Part shown: positions 45,970 through 61,150 of the stretch, one piece after another | How positions within the stretch are numbered: position 1 is the stretch's first letter | How the letters are laid out: the number at the start of each line of letters is the position of its first letter | Source: the human T2T-CHM13v2.0 reference genome, Homo sapiens | Direction: 5' to 3' (one strand) | Length of the DNA stretch: 64,000 nucleotides | Assembly: GCF_009914755.1 (NCBI RefSeq) | Contig: NC_060929.1 | Notes under the pieces: generated by a model | What the model was told of the DNA's origin: nothing | Seen by the model: only the letters and a program-made list of their open reading frames with translations | Database searches by the model: none | Translations under genes and position numbers: made by a program

Positions 45970-46250
45970 CATTTTTAAAGACTTTATATTTTTAGAACAG
46001 TTTTAGTTTATAGGAAAATTGAGAAGAAAGTACATAGAAATCCCATTTAGCTCCTACCTCCACACATGCATATAGCCTTCTCCATTATTAATATCCCCCA
46101 CCTGAGTGGTATATTTGTATAATTGATGAATCTACACTGACACATTATTACCACCTAAAGTCTATAATTTACATAAGAATTTACTCTTGGTGTTATGCAT
46201 TCTATGGGTTTGTATAATGGTGTGTATCCATTATAGTATCATACAGAATA
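45970..46250 (-). mobile_element. L1MC 3' end (continues at 54940-55400)
   Basis: aaagactttat..ttttagaacagttttag..ggaaaattgagaagaaagtaca. Confidence 0.85.
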
Positions 46251-49200
46251 TTTTATTTTATTTAACTTTTTATTTCAATAGGTTTGGGGGTACATATAGT
46301 TTTTGTTTACATGGGTAAGTTCCTTAGTGGTAATTTCTGAGATTTTGAGATATTAGTGCAACCGTCACCTGAGCAACACACACTGTATCCAATGTGTAGT
46401 CTTTTATCCCTCACACTTTTCCCAACCTTCCCCCCAGGGTCTTCAAAATTTATTATATCATTCTTATGCCTTTGTGTCCTCATAGCTTAGCTACCACTTT
46501 TAACTGAAAATATACAATATTTAGTTTTCCATTCCTGAGTTGCTACTTCACTTGGTGTAATGGCCTCCAGCTCCATCCAAGTTGATGAAAAATATATTAT
46601 TTCTTTTTTATGGCTGAGTAGTATTCTATTGTGTACATATACCAAATTTTCTTTATCCACTAATTGGTTGATGGTCACTTAGATTGGCTCCATATCTCTG
46701 CAATTGTTAATTGTGCTGCTATAAATATGCATGTGCAGGTGTCTTTTTCATGTAATGACTTCTTTTCATTTGGGTAGATACCCAGTAGTGAGATTGCTGG
46801 ATTGAATGGTAGTTCTACTTTTAATTCTTTAAGGAATCTCCATAATGTTTTCCATAGTGGTTGTACCAATTTACATTCCCACTAGCAATGTAAAATTGTT
46901 CCGCTTTCAACACATCCATGCCAACATCTATTGTTTTCTGACTTTTAAATTATGGCCATTCTTGCAGAAGTAAGGTGGTATCTCATTGTGGCTTTAATCT
47001 CCATTTCCCTGATGATTAGTGAGGTTGAGCATTTTTCATAAGTTTGTTAGCTGTTTGTATGCCTTCTTTGAAAAATGTCTATTTTCAAGTAGACATTTTG
47101 AAATGTCTATTTTCAAGTAGACATTTTGAAATGTCTATTTGAAATGTCCTTTGCCCACTTTTTCATTAGATTATTTGCTTGTTTTCTTGCTAATTTGTTT
47201 TGAGTTCCTTGTAGCTTCTGGATACTAGTCCTTTGTTGGATGCATAGTTCATGAATATATTTTCCCACTCTGTGGGTTGTCTGTTTATTCTGATGACTAT
47301 TTCTTTTGCTGTGCATAAGCTTTTTAGTCACACTTGTTTATTTTTGTTTTGTTGCATTTGCTTTTGGGGTCTTAGTCATGAATTCTTTGCCTAAGTCAAT
47401 GTCTAGAAGAGGTTTTTTTTAATGTATTTTCTGGAATTTTTATGTTTCAGGTCCCAGATTTCAGACTGTTATCCATCTTGAGTTGATTTTTGTATAAGGT
47501 AAGAGACAGGGATTCAGTTTCATTTTTCTACACGTGACTTGCAGGTTTTCCCAGTACCATTTATTGAATAGAGTGTCTTCTTCCCTAATTTATGTTTGTG
47601 TGCTTTGTCAAAAATCAGTTGGCTGTATTTGGCTTTATTCCTGGGTTCTCTGTTCTGCCTATTTTTATACCAGTACCATTCTGTTTTGATAACAATAGCC
47701 CTGTAGGATAATTTGAAGTCAGGTATGTGGGCTCTTTTTTTGGTTCCATATGAATTTTAGGATTGGTTTTTCTAGTTCTGTAAAGAATGATGATGATATT
47801 TTGATGGGAATTGCATGGAATCTGCAGATCACTTTGGGCAGTATGGTCATTTTCACAATACTGATTCTTCCCATCCATGAGCATGGGATTTGTTTCCATT
47901 TGTTTGTGTCATCTATTATTTCTTTCAGCAGTGTTTTGTAGTTTTCCTTATAGAAATCTTTTACCCCCTTGGTTAAGTACATTTCTACATATTTTAGCTT
48001 TCTATAGCTGTGGTAAAAAAGATGGAGTTCTTGATTTGATTCTTGATGGTTGTTGTACAGCAGTGGTACTGATTTATGTGCATTGATTTTTATATCCTGA
48101 GGATTTACTGGATTTATCAGATCTAGGAGCTTTTTGGATGAGTCTTTAGGGTTTTCTAGTTGTACAACCATATCACTGGTGAACAGCAACAGTTTGACTT
48201 GCCCTTTTCCAATCTGGATGCTCTTTATTTCTTTCTCTTGTCTGATTGCTGTGAATAGGACTTCCAGCACTATGTTGAAGTAGTGAAAGAGGGCATCCTT
48301 GTCTTGTTCTTGTTCTCAGGGGGAATGCTTTCAACTTTTCACCATTTGATAAGATGTTGGCTGTGGGTTTGTCACATATGGTTTTCATTACTTTGAAGAA
48401 AGTCCCTTCTATACCTATTTTGTTGAGTAATTTTGATCATAAAGATTACTGGATTTTATTGAATGCATTTTCTGTGTCCATTTAGACAATTACATATTTT
48501 TAAAATTCTGTTTATGTAGTGCATCACATTCATTGACTTAACATTTGTTAAACTACACCTGCATTCCTGGGATGAAACCCAGTTGATTATGATATTTTAC
48601 CTTTTTGATGTGCTGTTGGATTCCGTTAGCTAGCATTTTGTTGAAGATTTTTGCATCTATGTTCATCGGGGTTATTGGTCTGTAGTTTTCTTTTTTTTGT
48701 TATGTTCTTTCTTGGTTTTGTTATTAAGGTGATACTGGCTTCATAGAGTGATTTAGGAAGGATTCCCTCTTTGTCTATCTTTCAGAATAGTGTCAATAAT
48801 ATTGGTACCATTTCTTCTTTGAATGTCTGGTAGAATTCAGCTGTGAATCCATCTGGTCTGGGAATTTTTTGGTAGGCATTTTTTTTTATTACTGATTCAA
48901 TCTCACTGCTTGTTAATGTTCTGTTCAGGGTTTCTATTTTTTCCTGATTTAATCTAGGAGGATTGTATATTTCCAGGAATTTATCAATTTCCCCTAAATT
49001 TTCTAGTTAGTATGCACAAAGGTGTTCATAGTAGTCTTTAATGATCTTTTGTATTTCTGTGGTATCAGTTGTAATATCTCCAGTTTCACTTCTAGTTGAG
49101 TTTATTTGTATCTTCTCTCTTCTTTTCCTGGTTAATCTTACTAATGGTCTATCAATTTTGTTTATCTTTTTGAAGAACTAGATTTTTGTTTCATTTATCT

Positions 49201-51108
49201 TTTGTATTTTTTTGTTTCAATTAGTTTTGTTTAGTTCTGCTCTGATCTTTATTTTTTTCTTCTTCTTTTGGGTTTGGGTTTAGTCTATCCTTGTTTCTCT
49301 AGTTCCTTGAGGGATGACATTAGATTGTCAATTTGCACTCTTTCAGAGTTTTTATGTAGGCTTTTAACATTATAAACTTTCCTCTTAGCACCACTTTTGC
49401 TGTATTACAGAGGTTTTGATAAGTTGTCACTATTATCATTCATTTCAAAAAATTTTTAAATTTCATATTGATTTCATTGTTAACTCAAAAATCATTCAAG
49501 GGCAGATTATTTAATTTGCATGTGTTTGTAGAATTTTGAGAGTTCCTTTTGGAGTTAATTTCCAGTTTTATTCCACTGTGGTCTGAGAAGATACTTGATA
49601 TGATTTTGATCGTCTTAAATTTATTGAGACTTGTTTTGTGGCCTATCATATGTTCTGTCTTGGAGAATGTTCCATGTGCTGATAAGAAGAATATGTATTC
49701 TGCAGTTTTTTGGGAAGAATGTTCTATAAATATGTTAAGTTCATTTTTTTAGGGTATAGTTTAAGTCCATTGCCTCTTCATTGACGTTCTGTCTTGATGA
49801 CCCGTCTAGTGCTGTCAGTGGAATATTGAAGTCCCCACTATTATTGTGTTGCTGTCTATCTCATTTCTTGGGTCCAGTAGTAATTCATTTATAAATCTGT
49901 GAGCTCCAGTGTTAGGTGCATATAAATTTAGGATTGTAATGTCTTCTTGTTGGACTAATACTTTTATCACTATATAATGTCCTTGTCTATTTTTATTTTT
50001 GTTGCTTTAAAATCTGTTTTGCCTTATACAAGAACACTTACTCCTGATACCTTTTAGTTTCCATTTGCATAGAATATCTTTTACCACCCCTTTACCTTAA
50101 ATTTCTATGAGTCCTTTAGTGTTGGCTGAGTTTCCTAAAGATGGCAGATATTTGGTTGGTGGTTTTTAAAAATCCATTCTGCCATTCTGTATCTTTTAAA
50201 TGAAGCATTTAGGCCATTTACATTCAACATTAATATTGAGATGTGAGATACTGTTCTATTCATCATGTTAGTTGTTATCTAGATACTTTTTTTCTCTCTC
50301 TCTCATTGGGTTATTGTTTTATAGGCCCTGTGAGATTTTTGCTTTAAGGGGGTTCTATTTTGGTGTATTTTGAGTTTTTGTTTGAAGATTTAGAACTTCT
50401 TTCAGCATTTCTTGTAGTGCTGGTTTGGTAGTGGCAAATTCCCTCAGTATTTGTTTGTCTGAAAAAGACTTTATCTTCCCTTCATTTATGAATCTTAGTT
50501 TTGCTGAATACAAAATTCTTGGCTGACAATTATTTTGTTTAAGGAGGCTAAAGATAGGACCCCAATTCCTACTGGCTTGTAAGGTTTCTGCTGAGAAATC
50601 TGCTGTTACTCTGATAGTTTTCCCTTTGTAGGTTACCTGATGCTTTTGTCTCATAGCTCTAAAATTCTTTCCTTCATGTTGACTTTAGATAGCTTGATGA
50701 CTATGTGCCTTGCTGATGATTTTTTTGCAAGAAATTTCCAAGGGGTTTTTTGAGCTTCTTGTATTTGGATATGTACATTTCTAGCAAAGCCAGGAATGTT
50801 TTCCTCAATTATTCCCTCAAATAAGGTGTCTAAACTTTTAGACTTTTTTCTCCCTCAGGAATGCCAATTATTTTTAGGTTTGGCTCTTTTACAGAATCCC
50901 ATATTCCTTAGTGATTTTGCTCATTTCTATTGATTCTTATTTCTTTATATTTGTCTGATTGGGTTAATTCAAAAGCCTTATCTTTGAGCTCTGAAATTTT
51001 TTCTTCTACTTGTTCTAATCTATTGTTGAATCTTTCCACTTCATTTTGTATTTCCCTAAGTGTATCTTTCATTTCCATGTCTGATTTGTTTTTCTTTATG
51101 ATATCAAT

Positions 51109-51573
51109 TGCAGGGGTCTGGCTCGCAGACCCTGACCCAGTGACAGATGAGAGACATACACTGACACAGATATTCTGCCTGTCGGTCTGGCTAAGGGGCT
51201 CTGCCCTAAGTCTGGAGCATCGCCTCAATAAGCCGGTGAAGTTTGCATTATTTAGTACAGATTAAATGACAAAGGCTTTGAGTCAGCACACTTGTGGGTA
51301 ATTAATCTGGTTGCCCTCTCCCAAGAGAGCCATCCTGCCCACGAATGATCAAAGGTTAGTCTTAGCACCACATGAGTAAACATTATTTAGATAAACTCCC
51401 TTACATTCCTTTGCACCTAGTTTAAGCTATTTACTCAAGGTAAGGATTAGGCTGCCTTCAGCCAGATCTATTACTCAAGCTATGCAAACTTCCCGGCCTT
51501 CCGAGAAGGTTTGTATCTATATCCTATAACTTCATCTTACAATTTTTTCAACCACACTGACTGATCCCCTACA
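51109..51573 (-). mobile_element. LTR22 (HERV-K HML-5) solo LTR
   Basis: Minus strand starts TGTAGGGGATCAGTCAGTGTGGTTGAAAAAATTGTAAGATGAAGTTATAGG and ends CA; 6-bp TSD atcaat/atgaat. Confidence 0.85.
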
Positions 51574-51688
51574 ATGAATCTCTCTGGAAAATTTTTTATT
51601 CATATGCTAGATTGCTTTTTAAATTACTGTATGTTGGCTTTCACCCTTCTCTAATATCTCCTTGAATAGCTTAATAATCAGCCTTCTG

Positions 51689-51987
<299 letters not shown>

Positions 51988-52120
51988 AATCAGCCTTCTG
52001 AATTCTTTATGTGGTATTTTAAAGGTTTCTTGTTGGTTTTGATCTATTGCTGGGGAGCTAGTGTGATTTTGTGGGGGCTCCTTCTCATTTGGGTAGACTA
52101 TTTCTTTAAATTGTTCTTAA

Positions 52121-52506
<386 letters not shown>

Positions 52507-54939
52507 TAATGTTTATAGTTTTTTATAGCCTAATTTGATTATTGGTGCTTTTAGTAGTGAATACTCTGTTTGAGTTCCTTAGTTATAAAGACTCTTTGTG
52601 CACTGGCTTTCCCAGATGCTAGCTGTAGTAGTTATGTACTTGGTGTGTGGGCCAGTTCACTGTCTCCAATGGAGGTGGAATGGCAGGGATCTCTTGAAGT
52701 ATATCTCATTCTCTCATAATGTACACTTTATTTATTGATTTAATTTTTCCCTTGTATTTTATTTACTAAGTTTATTATTCAGGTTTCAGATCAGTAGGGG
52801 CAGTATCCCCGGGTAGGCACCAGTTATAGCTAAAGCAGTTTGGTAGATGTAATACCCAATGGTGGGCAGAGGTCCCAGCCTTGATGAAGGTGGTCAGGGA
52901 GCTCTCAATTAGATGTGCAAAGGCTTTATCATGGTGAAGGGTGGGAGCTACCTCAGCTCCCCTGCCAGGCCAGCCGGAAACCTATCCACCTCACAGTCTC
53001 ATTCCTGACCCAGTGTTCTGGCTATTCAGATCAGTCAGGCACCTCTCTTCATCGGAAGAAAAGGTAATGTTCCAAGTAGGGAGGAACTGTGGCTCTGCCT
53101 CTCGTGCAGACCTGAATCTAGGGAATGTTCCTCCTGGGGGGCTGCAATCACCCTGAATTATTCTGGGAAGGTTGTCTATAGGTGCATCCACACTGCATTC
53201 CTGTAGAAGAAGCCCCAGCTGTGTCTACAGTGGTATACCAGGAGGGAACAAGGATCCCTTCCTCAAGATCCTTCATGATCATAGAGGCTGCCTGCATATT
53301 GGTGTAGAGCTGCAGACCTTCCCCACTGCACCCAGCACCACAATTGTGTCTCTGCTGTAAGAAACTCCCCACCAGTGGAAAGATCCGGGACTCAAGGTTT
53401 GCTGTTTAGATTATTTTGTCTCACACGCTATTCCCTTGATGTGGTGCTCTCCCCCTTCTCCTAGGAATGTGACTTCCAAAGAGCCAGACTAAAGTGATTG
53501 TTATTGCTTTTCTGGGTCTAGCCACCCAGTGGGGCTACCAGACTCTGGTCTGGTGCTGGGGAATGTCTGCAAGAAATCCAGTGCTGTGACCGGTCTTCAA
53601 CTTTCCCAGAAGTGGATACCAGCACCAGCTCTGATGGAGGGGGCAGGGGAGTGACATAGACTCTTTTTGAGATTCCTTGGTTATAGATAGGCTTAGTATA
53701 CAGGCTTTCGCAAATGCTGGTTATACTAAAAGTGAACTTATCATGTGAACAGACTCAGGACTTCTGGTTAGTCAGGATGTTGCAGGCAGTGATGATAGCT
53801 GAGGTCATACAGCCATTTTCTTCTTCCTAGGGGCAGTGTTATTCTATCTGGAGGTTCTGTAAAGGCCTGTGTTGGTTAACCTTCAGCCAGAAGGTGATGC
53901 TTGCAAAAGAGGACCAGCTACAGTAGTAGCAGTAGGATTAGAGCTTGCGCTAGGTTGCCTAGGGGAAGTATTCTGGTTTCTCAGGTGATGGGCGGGCTAT
54001 AATGCTCTCAAAATTTTATGCCCTTTGTGTTAAATTACCAGGATGGGTGGAGAAATATCACCAGGTGAGGCCATGGTTAGGTGGGTCTGAGCTCTGACTC
54101 ACCTTGGGTAGGGCAGGCCATGGCCCCAGTGAGGCACTGTAAGTGGTTCTCAAGCCACTTGGGTAATATTCCAGAGGGGAGTATAACTGCCTCTGCTGCA
54201 CAGAGAGTTTGCAAAGGGAATGGGGAGTAGCAGGCAGCGGTAAGCCTCGCCCAGCTCCCACGCAGTTCGTGAGGCTGGTCACACTCCTGCAGTGCTCTGT
54301 TAAAAGTGCTGGGTTTAGATCCAGGCAGTCTGTGCACAGAACTCAAACCTTCCCCAGGCCATAAGCTTCCCTGCAGAGATAGCAATCACAGCTTTCAAGC
54401 ATGACCCATCTGCCCACAATGCTCGGTGTCCAGCTCCTGCACTTGTGTCTGAAGCGCACTTCCTACTCCCCCCACCAGGTTGTGTTCAGAGGAGTTCATC
54501 CCCACTTGGGATTATGGGATTATATCACAAAATTCAGTTGGAAGCTTCTTTCACACTATGACCCCTCCCTCCCTTGAGCTGGAAGGAGTCCCAGGGTGAG
54601 TTGCTCTGCTCCCTAAATCCGTTCCTGCTCTGGGTACAGTTAAGGTCTTCTCCCATGGCCTGAAGCTTCAGAATCCCCACTGAACATATGTGCTTGCAGG
54701 CAGGCTCTCCCCACCTCACACTCTAAGAACTTCCTGTTTTTCACCTGTCTCATGGAGTAAGCTGCAGCCTGCCATTTCTTTTATACGGTCTGTGGATTCT
54801 TTTGGTTTTCCTGTTAAGCTCCTGTGTTGGTTCTTGGAAAAAATATTCACAGTGTGAATCTCTACCCACTATTCTGTCCTTCCAAATGGGAGAGGCACAC
54901 TAACACTGTCTCCAATCTGCCATCTTTAAAAAGAACTTT

Positions 54940-55400
54940 ATAATGGTATTTTAACTACCCTAAAAATCCTCTGTGCTCATTATATTCATCCCTCCCTCTC
55001 CCTACACCCTGGCAACCACTGATCTTTTTACTGTCTCCATAGTTTTGCCTTTTCCAAAATGTCATATAGTTAATATGCAGCCTTTCACATTGGTTTCTTT
55101 CACTTAGAAATATACATTTAAATTTCCTCCATGTTTTTTCATGGCTTAATCGCTCAACTTTTTAGCACTGAATAATATTCTGTTGTCTGAATGTATCATA
55201 GTTGATTTATCCATTCATCTACCAAGGGACGTCTTGAAGATTTCCAATTTTTGCCAATTACAGATAAAGCTGCTATAAACATCTGTGCACAGGTTTTTTG
55301 TGTGGACATAAGTTTTCAAGTCCTTTAGGTAAGTATCAAAGAGTGTGAATTCTGGATTATATAATAAGAGCATATTTAGTTTTGTAAGAGTCTGTCATGT
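54940..55400 (-). mobile_element. L1MC 3' region (continuation of 45970-46250)
   Basis: ccctaaaaatcctctgtgc..ggcaaccactgatctttttactgtctccatagttttgcc. Confidence 0.85.
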
Positions 55401-55667
55401 GATATGGAACATCTTTTCATATGTGAACATTCAATTTGAAAAGCTAAAAAGGTTGGGAAATTTTTCAAAATTAAAAACTATTAGCAATGAATGATGCTCA
55501 AATAGTGAATATTTCTATATCAATTGCATTGTACTTTAATATTTATTCAAAATAAAGATAGATCCAATACATTTTTATAATTAATCTATATTACAGTTTA
55601 TAACACCTTTATAGTGCATAATCTTTATATTTATAAAGCTTGTTACCTAAATGTAATTTTAATAATC

Positions 55668-56240
55668 ATAGGGATGTAAAATGATACAACCTGTTTGGAA
55701 AACAGTTTGGAAGGTACCCTAGAGAAATGAAAGCATATGTTTATACAAAGACTTGTACATAAGCGTTCATAGCAGCTATATTTGTAATAATCAAAAGTGC
55801 ATGAAATTCAAATGTTCATAAACATTTAAATGGATAAACAAACTGTGGCATATCCAGATACACTATTCAGTAATTAAAACTAATGAGCTATTAATATATG
55901 CTACAAACTGGGATGGATTTCCAAATAATTATGCTCAGTGAAAGAAGCCTGACACACACTGTCCCCCACCAAGAAAAGAGTACCCACTGTATGACTCTAT
56001 TTATACAAATTCTAGGGAGTGCAATTTAAGGTACAGTGACAGAAAGCAAATCAGTGTTTGCCTAGGGATAGGAATGAGAGTAAGAGAAGATTACAGAGGT
56101 GTACAAGGAAACTTTTAGGGATGACGGATATGTTCGTTATCTTGATTATGGTGGTGATGTCACAGATCTATGCAGATGTCACAACTTATTAGATTGTACA
56201 CTTTAAGTATTCTGTCAATTATTCTACTTAAAAAAAAAAA
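55668..56240 (+). mobile_element. L1ME/MD-type 3' end
   Basis: ggaaaacagtttgg, gagaaatgaaagcatatg, cagtgacagaaagcaaatcagtg, A tail. Confidence 0.85.
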
Positions 56241-56719
56241 CCTTTCCCAAACCACATTATCTATATTCCTTTTGTCTTTCTGGAGCATAATCTGAATATC
56301 TGAAACAAATATGTTATTTTCCTTCGCTTAATATTATTCTAGACAGTCTCAATGTACATATCACAAGGAGTAAATATTGCTTTGTGTAAAGAATAAGAAC
56401 ACTTTAATATGCTAAACAATTTTAATCTTTATTACATTATCTATCAACTAATCTTAACACAGATTCTGCCCGATTCTTAACATGCAATTTATAGACCAGA
56501 TGGATATGGAAAACAAGTATAATATTTTCCATGGAAATTTAACCCATTCTAATGACTCACTATGGAGAACAGGTGAGACAAGATGTCTCGTCATCCAAGA
56601 TGCTCTGACCTCATACAACAGCTGCCTTTTTGATAAACTAGTTGGCCTTTCTACTGTTTCTTATCAAAGAGCAGCAATGTCCTTCAGTCCTCCTCCTGAG
56701 CTCATTTCAAGTGCAACTG

Positions 56720-56910
56720 AATAGAAAGTAATGATGTTGAGAAAACAGGACTCCAAGAAGGTCATTCCAGTTCTACCACGAATTGGCAGTCTCTTGGTGA
56801 AAGTCCTTTAATATTTATGAGTCTTGTTTTCCATATATTATGGTAAAATAAGGATAATCATACCTACTCCATACAACTTTACTGGTTTGAGTTCAATGAA
56901 GGTACAGAAA
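56720..56910 (+). mobile_element. MIR
   Basis: ccagttctaccac..gtaaaataaggataatcatacctac. Confidence 0.65.
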
Positions 56911-57808
56911 TATTAAAGTCTTTTTTCAGAGTTCATTCTCTTTCCTACAACACTACAAAGTGCTAGGCCATGCTGTACTATTTCTGGTAAACTTACCATG
57001 GGTCTATTATTACTCTCTTGCATTATAACTTATTTTCTCCCTTCACAAGTAATTGTTTCACACGTTTAAATACTATATTCTCTGTAATTTTTCCTTTAAA
57101 AACAACATATACTTCCAGAAGCCCCTACTAGCACTGCTGTACAGTTGTATTAAAGTCTAAGACCCAGAAAGCCTATAATTCTGCTCCTATTTTTCAGTTT
57201 CCCAGGTTTTCCCTTGGATGCCTTGGTGCTATTCAAGTACAACATATCATGCATACTTTTTAAAACCAAAGTATTATTCTTTATACCACTAGGTCAGTTC
57301 ATTAAACATAATTTCCAATTACCCACACTTAGCACCTCAGCACTAAGTATTGCACTATGCCCAAACAACAGCCTCAATAAATAACTATTGGTTTTGTGCA
57401 CTCGCTCTCCCTGTTGAGTATCTCAGCATGGCTCAAAACACCACATAACTTTGGATGTAGCTAAAATGATGTCTACGGAAAGCTAAGAGTGAAAATCAAG
57501 AATGTCAATGACCACAGGTTATGTTTATGGGACAGTCTCCATCAATGCTGAAATGTTGTGGCAGACTAGGTATTTTACAGAGCTTGTGGGTACAGTTGCA
57601 TAGTGTTATAATCCCAGATAATGTTTACCAACTACAACTGAGTATTAAGCAGGTGACCCTCGTCATCATAGAGTCCCAATAGTGATCACAGAGTAAATGA
57701 TAAATAGACGAGTTTGAGAGCAAAATTGAGAGATTTGGAGAGGTTTTCAGCTACAGCAATGGAAAAGAGGAAACTGAAGAGAGAGGGTAAGTTTCTTAGA
57801 ACACAGTA

Positions 57809-58148
<340 letters not shown>

Positions 58149-58864
58149 TTAATCTGGCAGGCTGCATAAATTTGCTAGCCCAAATGATTTTAAGGCTATT
58201 TGTAAAGCTGGCTTTAATGTACCTTAATAGGGATTCATTAAGGAAATGGCTTGTTACTATTCATGTGTTTAATGATGATGGCATATTTCCTTAACTAAAC
58301 ACACAATTGATTGCTTTAAATATACAGCTCTCCAAGGCTATTTCTATACTTTGTTGCATAAGATAAGCTTACTTAATAGAAATGTTTCTATTCACTGGGA
58401 AGAGATGTCATTTAACCACCTCTGGTTTAAAAATAAAAAGAGAGAGCACACACTAAGTGTAAAAACAATGATTTTCTTATTAAAACTATGATTTTTTTTG
58501 GTGTCTTTATATTTCATTTTGGTTACTTAATTGACACATGTCAATGCATAAAATGAATTATGGACAAGGGAAATGTTCAGAGATTTATGGCTAACATATT
58601 TTTTCTACATTGTAATTTTCTCCTTCTTGCCTTTATTATTGTGACTATCTCTATTAGCATGACCATCTTAGTTTAATTATTTTTATTATGCTACTGTGAA
58701 AGCAGTTTAGTGATGGTTTTAGTCCTGGTGACTCCATCAATAAGCCTGCAATAAGTAGTGCACATTTAGCATATTAACATCCTTGATGTATCTGGAATGT
58801 ATCTGGAACTATCTCCCACATCCCATATTTGCTTGTTCAAGAAAAGTCAATGCCAAAGAAAGGC

Positions 58865-59040
58865 ACTGTCATGGAGTAAAAGAAACCTAGGTTAAGATTA
58901 AAAAGATATCGATTCTACTTCTGCTATCTGAATAAGCTTGAGAAATCATTAAATACTATAGAAGCCTAAGGTTCCCTACCAGTAATGCAGAGATAACACT
59001 TTCACTATCTCACAGAGTTGTTGTGAGAATAAGATACATT
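58865..59040 (+). mobile_element. MIR
   Basis: ttctgcta..aaatcattaaa..ctcacagagttgttgtgagaat. Confidence 0.7.
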
Positions 59041-59379
59041 CATTTCACCAAGTACTTATTCTCCTATGCTTACCATAAAGTCTGGCATTCAGTATGGCAT
59101 AGAAGATATATAATATAAATAAAAAGATGTATTATGGCATCATATTAGACCACTACTTTCCTCTAGGCATAAATTATGTCACCTAGGGATCTGGTAGTCA
59201 TATTAATTCTTTCTGGTAGTAAAGGACATTCAAGTTTGCGAATCTACAGCTCCTTTGTTGTCCCTATAGGACAAAAGAAGGTTGAAAGATAAAATAAGGA
59301 AGAAAACACCAGACAAGTATAAACAAAGCAAAACAAAACAAAAAACTGATGTAGCAACATTAACATAAAGAAAGCTCAT

Positions 59380-59987
59380 TTTATTTATTTATTATCACTT
59401 TTTTATCATGTTGTACACCTTAAGTCTAGACAATAAAAAAATTACATATGTATATATATGTGATTACATATGTATGTAATCATATATATTACTACAATCA
59501 AACAAATTGATTGATCATTTTCCATAGTTATCCTTTTTTGTGATAAGAGCTCCTAAAATCGACTCTCCTAGCAAATTTTCAGTAGACACTACAATATTTT
59601 AACAATACTCCTTGCACTATACATTATGTCACTAGATTTATTCGTTCTACCTAACTGTAAAATTGTACCTTATTTCTCTCCATTTCCTTTCCCTTTTTGC
59701 CACTGTTAACCACCATTCTACTCTCTGTTTCTATTTATTTCACTTTTTGGTTTTTTTAGATTCCACATATAAGTGAGATCAGACAGTATTTTTCTCTCTG
59801 TGGCTGGCTTATTTCACTTAGCATAAAGTCCTCCCATTCCATCCATGCTTTTGCAAATGGCAGGATTTTCTTCTTTTTTTAAGACTGAATAATAATTCTT
59901 TTTTATATACACCACATTTTCTTTATCCATTCATCTGTTGATGAACACTTAGGTTGTTTCCATATCTTGGCCATTATGAGTAATGCA
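59380..59987 (-). mobile_element. L1MA 3' end, nested in an older + strand L1 fragment (about 59220-60790)
   Basis: ttagattccacatataagtgagatc, ggcttatttcacttagcata, ctttatccattcatctgttgatgaacactt. Confidence 0.88.
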
Positions 59988-60328
59988 CATTAAAAGGCAA
60001 AAATGCAACTAGAAATTAAGTATCACCATAAAATTTTAGAAGGTATAATTCAATCTTCTAAAGATATGATCATGTTAAATTGATCAAGACATACAAAACA
60101 GATATAAGGAGAAATAAACAAATCCACCATTTGATATTTGCTGAGAAATTTTAAATACATTTATCTTGGTCATTGATAGATGAAGGAGACAAAATAATCA
60201 GTAAGTACACAGAAGATTTGAAAATAGCTAGACAGGTGTATGGAACTACGTGCTGAAAAATTAGAAAATAAAGATTATTTTCAAGTACATATGGAACATA
60301 TAGAAAAATTGCCTAAATATTAAGTAAT

Positions 60329-60618
60329 GGCTGGGTACGGTGGCTCACGCCTGTAACCTCAGCACTTTGGGAGGCTGAGGCAGGCAGATCGTGAGGTCAG
60401 GAGTTCGTGACCAGCCTGACTGACATGGTGAAACCTCGTCTCTACTAAAAATACAAAAATTAGCCAGGCGTGGTGGCGCATGCCTGTAGTCCCAGCTACC
60501 CGGGAGGCTGAGGCAGGAGAAGTGCCGGGAGGCGGAGGTTGTAGTGAGCCGAGATGGCGGCACTTCACTCTAGCCTGGGTGACACAGCGAGGCTCCATCT
60601 CAAAAAAGGAAAAACAAA
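60329..60618 (+). mobile_element. AluS with small right-arm deletion
   Basis: Alu consensus; ggagaagtgccgggagg lacks the usual tcgcttgaac segment. Confidence 0.93.
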
Positions 60619-60829
60619 TGAAGTCATAAGTGAAGTGATGCTTTCAAAGAAGCTGTATTATTGATTGCATTGTTTTGCAACAACAAATTAAGATATAAAT
60701 TGATAACAAAATGAGTTATCCTACACATACTTTGAAAGGTAAAGTGCCAAATAAGTCCTATGTCAAAGAAAAACCATAAAATACATTTAAGTTTAAAAGA
60801 ATCTTTAAAATATGTGAGAATGTCAGTAT

Positions 60830-61150
60830 TATATTGAGTATATATTATATGTCAGGCAGTGCTCTAGGACAGGTGACCAAAATAGAGAAGCTTCCTGCTG
60901 TCATGAAAGTTTACATTTTTCTGGGGAGGGGTAAACAATAAATTAGATGCCAGAAGTAGTCAATATTAAGCAGATAAATAAAACTTGAAAAATAGACAGG
61001 GAGTGCTAGGGGAGAGTAAGAGAAAAAAATGTTCAATTTTAAATGGAATGGTTAGAGAAAATACCACTGAGAAGATAATACTGAAGCAAAGACTTACAGA
61101 AGAAGGAGCCAGCCATGCAGAAGTGTTTAAGGGAACAGCCAGTGTTTGAA
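60830..61150 (-). mobile_element. L2 fragment
   Basis: tattgag..tatgtcaggcagtgctctagg..cctgctgtcatgaaagtttacatt..tgaagcaaagactt. Confidence 0.8.

Noticed and set aside
47719-48270. 183-aa RT-like ORF
   Set aside because: L1 ORF2 fragment with a decayed catalytic motif (LFTSDM rather than LFADDM) and surrounding frameshifts; inactive.
59441-59490. Small AT-rich inverted repeat (gattacata..tatgtaatc)
   Set aside because: Low-complexity TA-rich slippage within an L1; such palindromes arise readily.
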